This document shows positions 29,647-39,487 of a stretch of 64,000 nucleotides of DNA, piece after piece. The first letter of the stretch is position 1. The number at the start of each line of letters is the position of its first letter. A model generated the notes under the pieces. The model was not told the DNA's origin and did no database searches. It worked only from the letters and a program-made list of their open reading frames with translations. The DNA lies in contig CAVIQY010000002.1 of the NCBI GenBank assembly GCA_963645035.1, positions 557-64,556 on the forward strand. Direction: 5' to 3'. Made by a program: the position numbers and the translations under genes. This stretch comes from a bacterium (GTDB lineage Bacteria > Bacillota_I > Bacilli_A > Erysipelotrichales > Erysipelotrichaceae).

Positions 29647-30748
29647 ATGGAATTATATGACATGAAACAAAGCATTCTAAAGAGCCAAGCTAAATTGGAG
29701 CAGCTTGGTGAATCTCTTTGACTTTTCTTCTAAACAAGCAATTATTGCCAAAAATGAAGAATTAATGAACGGAGAGAACTTTTGGAATGATCAGAAGAAA
29801 GCACAAAATATTATTCGTGAAACAAACAATTTAAAATCTTTATTAGAAAATCATTCTAAATTAACAGATGCGTTTAAAGAATTAGATGCCAGTGTTGAAG
29901 AATTAAAAGAAAGTTTTGATGATGATTTAAAAGAACTTGTGGATGAAGAATATAAAACAACAATGAAATCTTTTGAAGAATATGAAATACAAGTGTTATT
30001 AAGTGGTCCATATGATGATCATAATTGTATTTTAGAAATTCATCCTGGTGCTGGTGGAACAGAAGCGATGGATTGGGCACAAATGCTTTATCGTATGTAT
30101 TGCCGCTATGGAGAAAGAAAAGGATATAAGATTACAGTTCTAGATTATTTAGAAGGTGAAGAAGCAGGAATTAAATCTGTTTCAGTATTACTAGAAGGAC
30201 CTATGGCTTATGGTTATTTAAAGGCTGAAAATGGGGTTCATCGTTTAGTACGTATTTCGCCTTTTGATTCAAATGCTAGACGTCATACATCTTTTGCGTC
30301 AGTTGAAGTCATTCCTGAATTTGAAGATGATATGGATATCGAAATTGATGAAAAAGATTTAGATGTTGTGACAATGCGTGCTAGTGGTGCAGGAGGACAG
30401 CATATCAATAAAACTGACTCTGCAGTAAGAATGACACATATTCCTACAGGAATTGTTGTTTCGTGCCAAACAGAACGATCACAAATACAAAACCGTGAGA
30501 GATGTTTGAATATGTTAAAATCAAAGCTCTTACAAAAGAAGATAGAAGAAAATGCTAAGAAAATGGCAGATATAAAAGGTGAACAAAAAGCAATTGAATG
30601 GGGTTCACAAATTCGTTCATATGTTTTTTGCCCATATACTATGGTGAAGGACTTAAGAACAGGATATGAAGTAGGTAACATACAAGCTGTTATGGATGGT
30701 GATTTAGATGGTTTCATCTATAGTTACTTACGTTCACAAATTGAATAA
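29647..30748 (+). CDS. prfB: Peptide chain release factor 2 with programmed +1 frameshift
   Basis: ATG at 29647 reads MELYDM...GESL up to CTT TGA C (29716-29722); the +1 frame continues DFSSK and contains SPF and GGQ. Confidence 0.96.
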
Positions 30749-30756
30749 GAATAGTT

Positions 30757-33700
30757 ATGGCAAAAGAAATAAGATATGAACTGAATTTAAATGATTACAG
30801 TTTTACAAATCATGGTGAAGTTTATGCAATATTAAAAAATATATTGCATTTAAGTGACCATGAAATATCACAATGTAAGTTCGATGGAGAAATATTAGTG
30901 AATGGAGATAGAGTACATGTTCATTCACATATGAAAGTATCGGATATTTTAATTGTGCGTTTTCCTAGTGATGAGGAACATGAAGTGTTAGATGTAGATG
31001 AAGAACCAGATATTCTTTATGAAACAGAAGACTTTGTGGCAGTAAATAAACCAAGTGGTGTACCAACTCATGCTAGTCATAATCATTTAAATGATTCTAC
31101 AGGAACGATTCTTATTTCTCATTACCAAAAACAAGGTGTTCCTTTTACAGTTCGCTCTATTGGTAGATTAGATAATGAAGTTAGTGGTGTTGTTTTATTT
31201 GCAAAAAATCAACCGGCAGCTGCGAGATTAAATTCGGAAAGAAAAACAGGACAATTACGTAAGATTTATATTGCTTATGCTGAAGGCATCTTTGATGAAA
31301 AAGATGGCACGATTACTTTACCTCTAAGTAAAGTAGAAGAAGGTAAACAAAGAGTTGTTGATGAAGTAAATGGACAAAAAGCGATTACTCGTTATCAAGT
31401 AATGGAAGAAAGAGAAATTGATGGTTTCAAATATAGTATTGTAGCAGTAACAATTATTACAGGAAGAACACATCAAATTCGTGCTCATATGAAGGCAATA
31501 GGTCATCCTTTACTTGGTGATTCACTTTATGGTGGAAATTGTGATTATATAAGTCGAGTAGCTTTACATGCGGCTAAGATGGAATTTATTTCTCCTTTTG
31601 ATGAAGAAAAAATAAAGATTTCTGCTCCTTTAGCAGAAGATATGAAAGATCTTGTTAAAAATAGTGCTATATATACAAAACCTATTGAAGTTGATGAAAA
31701 AACAAAAGAATTAACAGAAGAAATTATTCAACCAATACAAGAAGAAAGTACTTTAGAAACAAAAACAGTTCCAATTGAAGAAGCAGCTGTTGTGATGCCT
31801 AAAGAAAAGAAGAAATCCTATAAAATATTACTTGTATTACTCATTCTATTTTTATTAGGATTAGTTAGTTTTGGTATTTATTACTTTGTATCAAATTACT
31901 ATAAACCAATGTTAATTGAAGAAACAGCAAGTACTGAAGTAAAAACAGATGATGAATTATATGATTCTTTAGTCATGACATTTAATTCTACTAGTAGTGT
32001 AAATCTAAATGAGAATATTGATCCAATGTCCTTTGTGGAATCTTATGAAGGAGAAATAAAAGTTTTACATGATTTAGATACTTCGGTTATAGGGAATCAA
32101 CATATTGTTTATCGCTTATCGGTTAAAAATAGTGAAGGAAAAGATGTTACACGGATTTATGTTAAAGAAGTAACGGTTAAAGGCAGTGAAGTTGGTGCAA
32201 TTTTCGAAGCAAGTAGTGTCACAATTAAAGCTGGATCTAATTTTGATCCTCGTGATAATATCACAGCTATATATGATTCTAATGGTAAAGAATTAACTTA
32301 TAGTGAAGGTGAATTAATTGAAGGAACATATACTGTTGAAAGTGATGTAAATAACCAAAAAGAAGGAACATATACTGTAACAATCAAGATGATGGATGAA
32401 AGTGGTGCTACTTCTAAAGCTACTTATGAAGTCATTGTTAAAGGAACAGTAGGTTCAACTACTCCAGTTATTTGGATTAGAAAAGACGAAATTACAATCA
32501 CAAAAGGAACGACATACGATATTCTAAACAATGTTATTTCTGTTTCGGATTCAAGTGGTGTGGCACTTGCCTATGCAAAAGAAGAAAAAGTAAGTAGTTA
32601 TACGATTACAACAGATTTTAACAATCAAAAAGTAGGTACATATAGTGTGAAGTTAACTGCGACAGACGCGAGTGGAAATAAAGGATATGATGATTGGAAG
32701 ATCATTGTAAATGAACCTACTCCTACGCCTAGCGCTACAGCAGTTGCAGATAAAGTTGCCCCACAAATATTGATTAATAAAGATGAGATTACATTAAGAA
32801 AAGGAACGACATATGATGTAGTAAGTAATGTTGTTTCAGTTATCGATGATGTGGATGGTAAACTTCCATATAGTGCTACAGAAGAAAATGGTACTTATAC
32901 AATAGTGACCGATTTTACCATAAATACACCAGGAACATATAACGTGCAACTTATCGCAACCGATAATGCAGGAAATAAATCATATGATGATTGGAAAATT
33001 ATAGTATTAGATAATGCTAGCTCCGATGGGGTAGGCCCTCATATCTTAATTCGTTATGATAATATTACGATTAAAGTTGGGGCAAATATTAATTTGCGTA
33101 CAAATGTCATTTCAGTTACTGATGCCATAGATGGAACGATTCCTTATGCGGATAGCGAACAAAATGGTAAATATACAATTGTGTCGGATTTAAATATCAA
33201 TGAACCAGGCGTATATAATGTGCAACTCATTGCATTAGATAAAGAAGGAAATCGTACAACTGATGAATGGACTATTACTGTTGAAGCTAAACCTGATTCA
33301 GATTCTACACCACCGCAAATATGGATTTATCAAGAATATTTCACGATTACTGTAGGAGCGAACTATAACTTATCTAAGAATATTATGTCAGTTACAGATG
33401 ATGTAGATGGTGCTTTACCATATTCAGATACAGAAGCGAATGGTTCCTATACCTTAGTGACAAACTTTGATATTAATACAGTAGGTGAATATAGCGTACA
33501 ACTTATCGCAACAGATAGTTCTGGAAATAAATCCTATGATGATTGGATTGTCAATGTTGTTGCGGCAAGTGGTGAAGACAAAGGTGATGGAAGTAGTAAT
33601 TCTGATCAAATCTATAACTATTTAACAGGAACAGTTGGTTTAAATCGTGCAGGTGCGATTGGTATTATGGCAAATATCAAGCGTGAATCTTCCTATAATC

Positions 33701-33999
33701 CAGATAACTATAATGGTTCTGGTAATTATGGCTTATGTCAATGGGGTGGTTCTAGATATAGAAGATTAATGGAATTCTGTACTAATAATGGCTTAGATTA
33801 TAGAACAGTTAGTGGACAAGTTCGTTTCATTGAATATGAATTAAACAATTATTATCAAGGCGTATTATCACAACTACAATCTGTAGAAGATAGTCAAGAT
33901 GGTGCATATAGTGCTGGATATATCTTTGCAGAACAATATGAAGGTGCTGGTCCTGGTTATCCTGAACAAGCAGGCGAAAGTGCTAAGAGTATGTACTAA
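30757..33999 (+). CDS. Fusion protein: RluA-family pseudouridine synthase, TM helix, Ig-like repeats, phage-tail-type lysozyme
   Basis: VNKPSG, GRLD, TGRTHQIR and GHPLLGD.LYG in aa ~1-300; TM at aa ~357-378; repeats of about 90 aa; C-terminal GIMANIKRES...YGLCQW. Confidence 0.8.
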   Translation: MAKEIRYELNLNDYSFTNHGEVYAILKNILHLSDHEISQCKFDGEILVNGDRVHVHSHMKVSDILIVRFPSDEEHEVLDVDEEPDILYETEDFVAVNKPSGVPTHASHNHLNDSTGTILISHYQKQGVPFTVRSIGRLDNEVSGVVLFAKNQPAAARLNSERKTGQLRKIYIAYAEGIFDEKDGTITLPLSKVEEGKQRVVDEVNGQKAITRYQVMEEREIDGFKYSIVAVTIITGRTHQIRAHMKAIGHPLLGDSLYGGNCDYISRVALHAAKMEFISPFDEEKIKISAPLAEDMKDLVKNSAIYTKPIEVDEKTKELTEEIIQPIQEESTLETKTVPIEEAAVVMPKEKKKSYKILLVLLILFLLGLVSFGIYYFVSNYYKPMLIEETASTEVKTDDELYDSLVMTFNSTSSVNLNENIDPMSFVESYEGEIKVLHDLDTSVIGNQHIVYRLSVKNSEGKDVTRIYVKEVTVKGSEVGAIFEASSVTIKAGSNFDPRDNITAIYDSNGKELTYSEGELIEGTYTVESDVNNQKEGTYTVTIKMMDESGATSKATYEVIVKGTVGSTTPVIWIRKDEITITKGTTYDILNNVISVSDSSGVALAYAKEEKVSSYTITTDFNNQKVGTYSVKLTATDASGNKGYDDWKIIVNEPTPTPSATAVADKVAPQILINKDEITLRKGTTYDVVSNVVSVIDDVDGKLPYSATEENGTYTIVTDFTINTPGTYNVQLIATDNAGNKSYDDWKIIVLDNASSDGVGPHILIRYDNITIKVGANINLRTNVISVTDAIDGTIPYADSEQNGKYTIVSDLNINEPGVYNVQLIALDKEGNRTTDEWTITVEAKPDSDSTPPQIWIYQEYFTITVGANYNLSKNIMSVTDDVDGALPYSDTEANGSYTLVTNFDINTVGEYSVQLIATDSSGNKSYDDWIVNVVAASGEDKGDGSSNSDQIYNYLTGTVGLNRAGAIGIMANIKRESSYNPDNYNGSGNYGLCQWGGSRYRRLMEFCTNNGLDYRTVSGQVRFIEYELNNYYQGVLSQLQSVEDSQDGAYSAGYIFAEQYEGAGPGYPEQAGESAKSMY

Positions 34000-34670
34000 T
34001 GATTACAGATGATTTAAAAAAGTTAAGTGATTGTAACTATAAAGAATTTCAAGGTAATCTTATACCGAATATTGATTCAAAGACAGTATTAGGGGTAAGA
34101 ACACCTATACTAAGGAAATATGCTAGTAAGTTAAGTGATGAAGAAAAAAAGGAATTTCTTCATCACTTACCACATACTTATTATGATGAAAATATACTAC
34201 ATGGTATCTTGTTATCACAAATAACAGATTATGAAGTATTTATCGAAGAAATTAATACTTTTTTGCCTTATATCGATAATTGGGCAGTATGCGATATTAT
34301 TAAGCCAAAAGTAGTCATAAATCATTCAAAAGAGTTTATTCGTGAAGTAAAAACATGGATTAAATCTTCAGAAATCTATACTATTCGCTTTGGCATAGAT
34401 ATGTTAATGACTTATTACTTAGATGATGAGTATCGAAAAACATATTTAACTTATCCATTAAAAGTAAAGTCTAATGACTATTATGTAAATATGGCTGTTG
34501 CATGGTTTTATGCAACAGCACTAGCGAAAAGATGGGATGATACGATTCTTATCCTTGAAGAAAAAAGATTACCTAAGTGGACACACAATAAAACTATACA
34601 GAAAGCGATAGAAAGTTATCGGATTACTAGTAGTCAGAAAGACGATTTAAAATCATTACGGTTAAAATAA
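33999..34670 (+). CDS. DNA alkylation repair protein (AlkD-like)
   Basis: LGVRTP.LR, IDNWAVCD, YYVNMAVAW, HNKTIQKA.ES. Confidence 0.85.
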   Translation: MITDDLKKLSDCNYKEFQGNLIPNIDSKTVLGVRTPILRKYASKLSDEEKKEFLHHLPHTYYDENILHGILLSQITDYEVFIEEINTFLPYIDNWAVCDIIKPKVVINHSKEFIREVKTWIKSSEIYTIRFGIDMLMTYYLDDEYRKTYLTYPLKVKSNDYYVNMAVAWFYATALAKRWDDTILILEEKRLPKWTHNKTIQKAIESYRITSSQKDDLKSLRLK

Positions 34671-34703
34671 AAGACAAAGTAGAAATTTACTTTGCCTTTT
34701 GTT

Positions 34704-35492
34704 TTAGCCTAACATCATGGAGTCTGTTACGACACCACCAGCTGTATCAAATTTTTCTAGTAAGTCAGATACTTCTAACTTATTTTTTTCTTCACCAGAA
34801 ACATCATAAATAATCTTACCATCACACATCATGATTAAACGATTACCATACTTTAAAGCATCTTTCATGTTATGTGTAACCATAAATGTGGTTAGATTGT
34901 TTTCTTTTACAAGTTTATCTGTAAGAGTAAGAACTTTAGCTGCAGTCTTAGGATCAAGTGCAGCAGTATGCTCATCAAGAAGTAATAATCTAGGTTTTTG
35001 CATTGTGGCCATTAATAAAGTTAGTGCTTGTCTTTGACCACCAGATAATAAACCAACTTTACTTGTTAAACGATCTTCTAATCCAAGATTTAATTCTTGT
35101 AATAAAGTTTTATATTCTTCTCTTTCTTTATCAGTAATACCAACTTTAAGTGTTCTTTTTTGACCTCTCCTTTTAGCTAGGGCCATATTTTCTTCTATCT
35201 GCATTGTTGCGGCAGTACCTGTCATAGGATCTTGGAATACTCTACCAATATATTGAGCACGTTTGTAATCAGGTAATTTAGTAATATCGTTATCATCAAT
35301 GAATATCTTACCGCTATCAATATTCCAAATTCCTGCAATAGCATTTAATAATGTGGATTTACCAGCACCATTTGATCCAATAACAGTAACGAAATCACCA
35401 TCATTTAGTGTTAGTGATACACCATTTAGGGCATGTTTTTCGTTTACAGTACCAGGATTAAATGTCTTATAAATATTATCTACTTTTAACAT
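34704..35492 (-). CDS. ABC transporter ATP-binding protein
   Basis: GSNGAGKST, LSGGQRQ, LLLDEHTAALDP. Confidence 0.93.
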   Translation of the reverse strand: MLKVDNIYKTFNPGTVNEKHALNGVSLTLNDGDFVTVIGSNGAGKSTLLNAIAGIWNIDSGKIFIDDNDITKLPDYKRAQYIGRVFQDPMTGTAATMQIEENMALAKRRGQKRTLKVGITDKEREEYKTLLQELNLGLEDRLTSKVGLLSGGQRQALTLLMATMQKPRLLLLDEHTAALDPKTAAKVLTLTDKLVKENNLTTFMVTHNMKDALKYGNRLIMMCDGKIIYDVSGEEKNKLEVSDLLEKFDTAGGVVTDSMMLG

Positions 35493-35494
35493 AT

Positions 35495-36418
35495 TTATTT
35501 ACCACCTTTACCAAACTTACTTTTCCAATAAGGGATAGCTAAGAATATTGCGACAACTACAGAAGTTAATAGTTTTAAATCGTCTGTAGATAAGCCTAGC
35601 TTTAATACAAATTGAATAACCGCATAATAAATGATTGCACCAATTACACAAGCAAGTAATTTTAAGCCAAAGTTTTTAAATACTTTAGAGAAGATTACTT
35701 CACCAATAATTACAGCAGCTAATCCTATAACGATAGAACCTCTACCCATATTGATATCTGAGAATCCTTGATATTGTGATAATAATGCACCAGATAAAGC
35801 AACTAAGCTATTAGATAAAATTAAACCAATCACTTTATTTTTGTCTGTATTAATTCCTTGTGCTCTAGCCATATTGACGTTTGCACCAGTAGCACGAATG
35901 GAAGAACCAAGTTCTGTACCAAAGAACCAATATAAGATAACAATCGTTAATAATACGAAAATAGAAATAACTAAGATTGGATTTCTTAAAGATAATTCTC
36001 TTACATATCTTGAAGAAACAAGTAAGTTATATTTATCTACACTAATTGGTAAGTTAGACTTAGAAAAGCTACTTGTATTAAAACCCATAATATGTAAGTT
36101 GATAGAATATAAAGCAAGTTGTGTTAAGATGCCAGCTAGAATTGCAGGTATACCAAATCTAGTAATAAATAAACCTGTAACGAGTCCTGCTAAACCACCA
36201 GCAATAATTGCACATAATAATGCAAGCCACATTGGTTTACCACATACTAGCAAGATGACACAAGTGGCACCACCTGTACAAAGTGATCCATCAACCGTTA
36301 AGTCTGCGACATCTAATATTTTATAAGTGACATATACACCTATTGACATGATTCCCCAAATTAAACCTTGGGAGACAGCACTAGGTAGTGAATTTAATAA
36401 ACTTGATAAAAAAGTCAT
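35495..36418 (-). CDS. ABC transporter permease (aromatic amino acid-type)
   Basis: DLTVDGS, RATG.N, GLAAVIIGE, multi-TM. Confidence 0.88.
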   Translation of the reverse strand: MTFLSSLLNSLPSAVSQGLIWGIMSIGVYVTYKILDVADLTVDGSLCTGGATCVILLVCGKPMWLALLCAIIAGGLAGLVTGLFITRFGIPAILAGILTQLALYSINLHIMGFNTSSFSKSNLPISVDKYNLLVSSRYVRELSLRNPILVISIFVLLTIVILYWFFGTELGSSIRATGANVNMARAQGINTDKNKVIGLILSNSLVALSGALLSQYQGFSDINMGRGSIVIGLAAVIIGEVIFSKVFKNFGLKLLACVIGAIIYYAVIQFVLKLGLSTDDLKLLTSVVVAIFLAIPYWKSKFGKGGK

Positions 36419-36433
36419 AATCCTCCTTAAAAA

Positions 36434-36461
36434 TAAGAGAGTTAGTTAACTAACTCTCTTA
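36434..36461 (-). terminator. Perfect 28-bp palindrome between the binding-protein and permease genes (partial terminator or stabiliser)
   Basis: TAAGAGAGTTAGTTAACTAACTCTCTTA equals its own reverse complement and is followed by T5 on the minus strand. Confidence 0.7.
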
Positions 36462-36468
36462 AGCTTGA

Positions 36469-37443
36469 TTAACCTTCAATTTCTACATAATCACTTGGGA
36501 TTTCAATACCAAGTTGTTCAGCATTTGTTTTGTTGTATTTCTTAGTAAATGTAGGAGCGAATTCGATATCCATATTAGAAATATCGGCACCATTTAATAG
36601 AATATCCGCAGCCATCTCACCAGTCTTATAACCAATGTCGTAATAAGAAATTGTTAATGTTGCAACGCCACATCCTGAACAGATACCTTCTTCACCAGCA
36701 AATACAGGAACTTTAGCAGGTAGAACTATGTTTGCGATAGCTTCAGTATTTGCTGCAGCTGTATTATCTGTTGGAATATAGATAACATCTACACCATCAT
36801 TTACAGCACTTTCTGTAACAGAAGTAACATCGTTAGAATCGTTGAATGTATATTTCTTAGTTGTAATTCCTGCAGCGTTTAATGTTTCAGCTACTTTATC
36901 TACTTGATATTCTGAATTTGCTTCAGCAGAGCAATATAGTAAACCAACATTTTTCGCATCTGGGAATAGTTCAGTAATCATTTTAGCTTGTTCATCTAAT
37001 GGAGCTAAATCACTTGTACCAGATACGTTGCTTGGAATTTCGCCACCTAATACAACATCATATACAGTAATAGAAGTACCTAAAACTGGAATTGTACTTG
37101 TAGCAGCACTAGCGGCTTGTAGAGCAGGTGTAGCGTTTGCCATAATCAAATCTACGCCATCAGCGACAAATCCACCAACGATAGTTGCGCAGTTTGCGGA
37201 TTCACCACTAGCATTTTGTACATCTACATTTGTGATGCCATTTTCTTTTAAGGCATCAACGAAACCTTCAGTAGCTAAATCTAGAGCAGGATGTTGTAGT
37301 AATTGAACTACACCAATCTTGAAGTCTTTACTTTCAGTAGCTGTTGTAGCTTCTGCAGTATCAGTTGTTTCTGTAGAGCTACCACAAGCTACAAGTGAAA
37401 GTACACATGAGATAGATAATAATTTTGCAAATAATTTCTTCAT
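36469..37443 (-). CDS. ABC transporter substrate-binding lipoprotein
   Basis: Lipobox LVAC, HPALD...GF, ATPA.QA, YIPTDNT. Confidence 0.88.
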   Translation of the reverse strand: MKKLFAKLLSISCVLSLVACGSSTETTDTAEATTATESKDFKIGVVQLLQHPALDLATEGFVDALKENGITNVDVQNASGESANCATIVGGFVADGVDLIMANATPALQAASAATSTIPVLGTSITVYDVVLGGEIPSNVSGTSDLAPLDEQAKMITELFPDAKNVGLLYCSAEANSEYQVDKVAETLNAAGITTKKYTFNDSNDVTSVTESAVNDGVDVIYIPTDNTAAANTEAIANIVLPAKVPVFAGEEGICSGCGVATLTISYYDIGYKTGEMAADILLNGADISNMDIEFAPTFTKKYNKTNAEQLGIEIPSDYVEIEG

Positions 37444-37604
37444 TGTTAATTTCCCCCTTTAACAATTATTAATAGATATAATCTATTTTACTTTACTATT
37501 CTAAAAGGGTGTGTAAATTGTGTCAATGAATTGAGAACACTTACATTGAATTGAAAAAAGTTACACATTATAATTTGCTTATTAATGAACAAGGAGAAAT
37601 GAAA

Positions 37605-38771
37605 ATGTTAAATTATGTACATGATATACCAACAAAAATTTATTTTGGTAAAGGATCGATTGAACATTTGATAGAAGCACTAAAACCATATGGGAAGAAT
37701 GTCTTACTAGCATATGGTGGTGGCTCAATTAAAAAGATAGGATTATATGATGAAGTAATCAAAATGTTAGCAGATAATGAATTTCAAGTTGTGGAATGTA
37801 GTGGTATTGAACCTAATCCTCGTATTGAATCAGTAGAAAAAGGGGTAAAGCTTTGTAAAGAAAATTCTATTGATGTAGTTTTAGCAGTAGGAGGAGGAAG
37901 TACGATTGATTGTGCTAAGGCAATTTGTGCTGGAGTCTACTATGATGGTGACTTATGGGATATGGTAAAAATCCATTCAGGTAATCGTAAAGCATTACCA
38001 TTAGTAGATATCTTAACATTAAGTGCAACAGGCTCAGAATATGATGGAGGTGGCGTAATCTCTAATTTAGCCACAAAAGAAAAGTTGGGGAATAATTTTA
38101 CTTATCCAACAGTATCGATTTGTGATCCTACTTATACTTTCTCTGTTTCAAAATATCAAACGGCTGCCGGTTCTGCAGATATTATGTCTCATATATTTGA
38201 AGGATATTTTTCTAGAACAATGGATAGTGATTTAGCAGATGGTATTGCGGAAACAATTTTAAAGTCTGTTATGAAGAATTTGCCTATTGCATTAAAAGAA
38301 CCTACAAATTATGAAGCTCGTGCAAATTTGATGGCAGATTCTAGTATTGCTTGTTCTGGTATTCCTGAATATGGTAAAGCTTCTACAGGTTGGCCTTGTC
38401 ACGCTATGGAACATGAACTAAGTGCTTTCTATGATATTACGCATGGTGTAGGCCTAGCGATTCTAACACCAAGATGGATGAGATTTATTTTAAAGAAAGA
38501 TCCAACAACGCTTACTCGTTTTACAAAATTTGCTAGAAATGTTATGGGCTTAGATGGCGATGATGAAATAAAGTTAGCAAATGATGCGATCAATCAATTA
38601 GAACAATTCTTTAAGGATTGTGATATTCCAATGACATTAACAGAATTAAATATTGATTCTACACATTTTGAAGAAATGGCAAAACATGCAAATAGAAATA
38701 ACCGTCTAGCAAATGCCTATGTTCCATTAACAGAAGAAGATGTAGTTTCTATCTATAACGATTGTTTATAA
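37605..38771 (+). CDS. Iron-containing alcohol (butanol-type) dehydrogenase
   Basis: YGGGSIK, VGGGSTID, ATGSE, HAMEH...HG; start set from SD AAGGAG. Confidence 0.9.
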   Translation: MLNYVHDIPTKIYFGKGSIEHLIEALKPYGKNVLLAYGGGSIKKIGLYDEVIKMLADNEFQVVECSGIEPNPRIESVEKGVKLCKENSIDVVLAVGGGSTIDCAKAICAGVYYDGDLWDMVKIHSGNRKALPLVDILTLSATGSEYDGGGVISNLATKEKLGNNFTYPTVSICDPTYTFSVSKYQTAAGSADIMSHIFEGYFSRTMDSDLADGIAETILKSVMKNLPIALKEPTNYEARANLMADSSIACSGIPEYGKASTGWPCHAMEHELSAFYDITHGVGLAILTPRWMRFILKKDPTTLTRFTKFARNVMGLDGDDEIKLANDAINQLEQFFKDCDIPMTLTELNIDSTHFEEMAKHANRNNRLANAYVPLTEEDVVSIYNDCL

Positions 38772-38829
38772 TTTGTTTAAAATCCAATATCATATTAGAA
38801 GATATTGGATTTTTTTAAAAGGAGTACAT

Positions 38830-39384
38830 ATGTTTGTTGATTTGACACTAAAAATAACACCTAAAATGGTAAATGAAGCAAGTGGTAATGAAAAGAAAGT
38901 ATTAGTAGGACATTTAGGAACACATTTTGATGTAATGAATAAAGAATTTCCACTTGAATATGTAAAACGTAAAGCAATTATTTTTGATGTGAGTCATATT
39001 TCTGATCGAGATATAGAAGAAAGTGATATTGAATTTTCAAAAGTAGAAAAAGATATGTTTGTAGGATTTTATTCGGAATTCATTGAAAAAGAAGAATATG
39101 GTACTAAACCATATTATAAAGAACATCCTGAATTATCACCTTCATTAGTTCATCATTTAGTAGAAAAAGGAATCTCTATCATTGGTATAGATTTTGCGGG
39201 TGTACGTCGAGGTAAAGAACATGTACCAACAGATCAATATTGTGCTGATAACAATGTATTTATTGTAGAAAATATGTGTAACTTAAAAGAAGTTGTGAAT
39301 ACTGATAATTTAATTATTTATACATTTCCTATGAATTATGCTGAATTATCAGGATTACCTTGTAGAGTTGTTGCAGAAAAATAA
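38830..39384 (+). CDS. Cyclase/kynurenine formamidase-like metal hydrolase
   Basis: HLGTHFD, IGID, IVEN, GLPCRVVA. Confidence 0.8.
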   Translation: MFVDLTLKITPKMVNEASGNEKKVLVGHLGTHFDVMNKEFPLEYVKRKAIIFDVSHISDRDIEESDIEFSKVEKDMFVGFYSEFIEKEEYGTKPYYKEHPELSPSLVHHLVEKGISIIGIDFAGVRRGKEHVPTDQYCADNNVFIVENMCNLKEVVNTDNLIIYTFPMNYAELSGLPCRVVAEK

Positions 39385-39396
39385 ATGTAGACTACC

Positions 39397-39448
39397 TATC
39401 GGCAAAAATGTTTTTATATAATGAATTAATTTTGATTTTTTGCCGATA
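39397..39448. promoter_or_regulatory. 12-bp perfect inverted repeat upstream of the HTH-Fic gene
   Basis: TATCGGCAAAAA-N28-TTTTTGCCGATA. Confidence 0.6.
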
Positions 39449-39487
39449 ATATAATATACAATAGATTTGATAGAGGTAGAGGACAAC

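Noticed and set aside
29705..30748. prfB as a truncated gene or pseudogene
   Set aside because: It is explained by the conserved programmed +1 frameshift at CTT TGA C.
33601..33999. Phage-type lysozyme domain as evidence of a prophage
   Set aside because: No integrase, structural or holin genes are nearby, and the domain lies within a host-style membrane protein in a housekeeping run.
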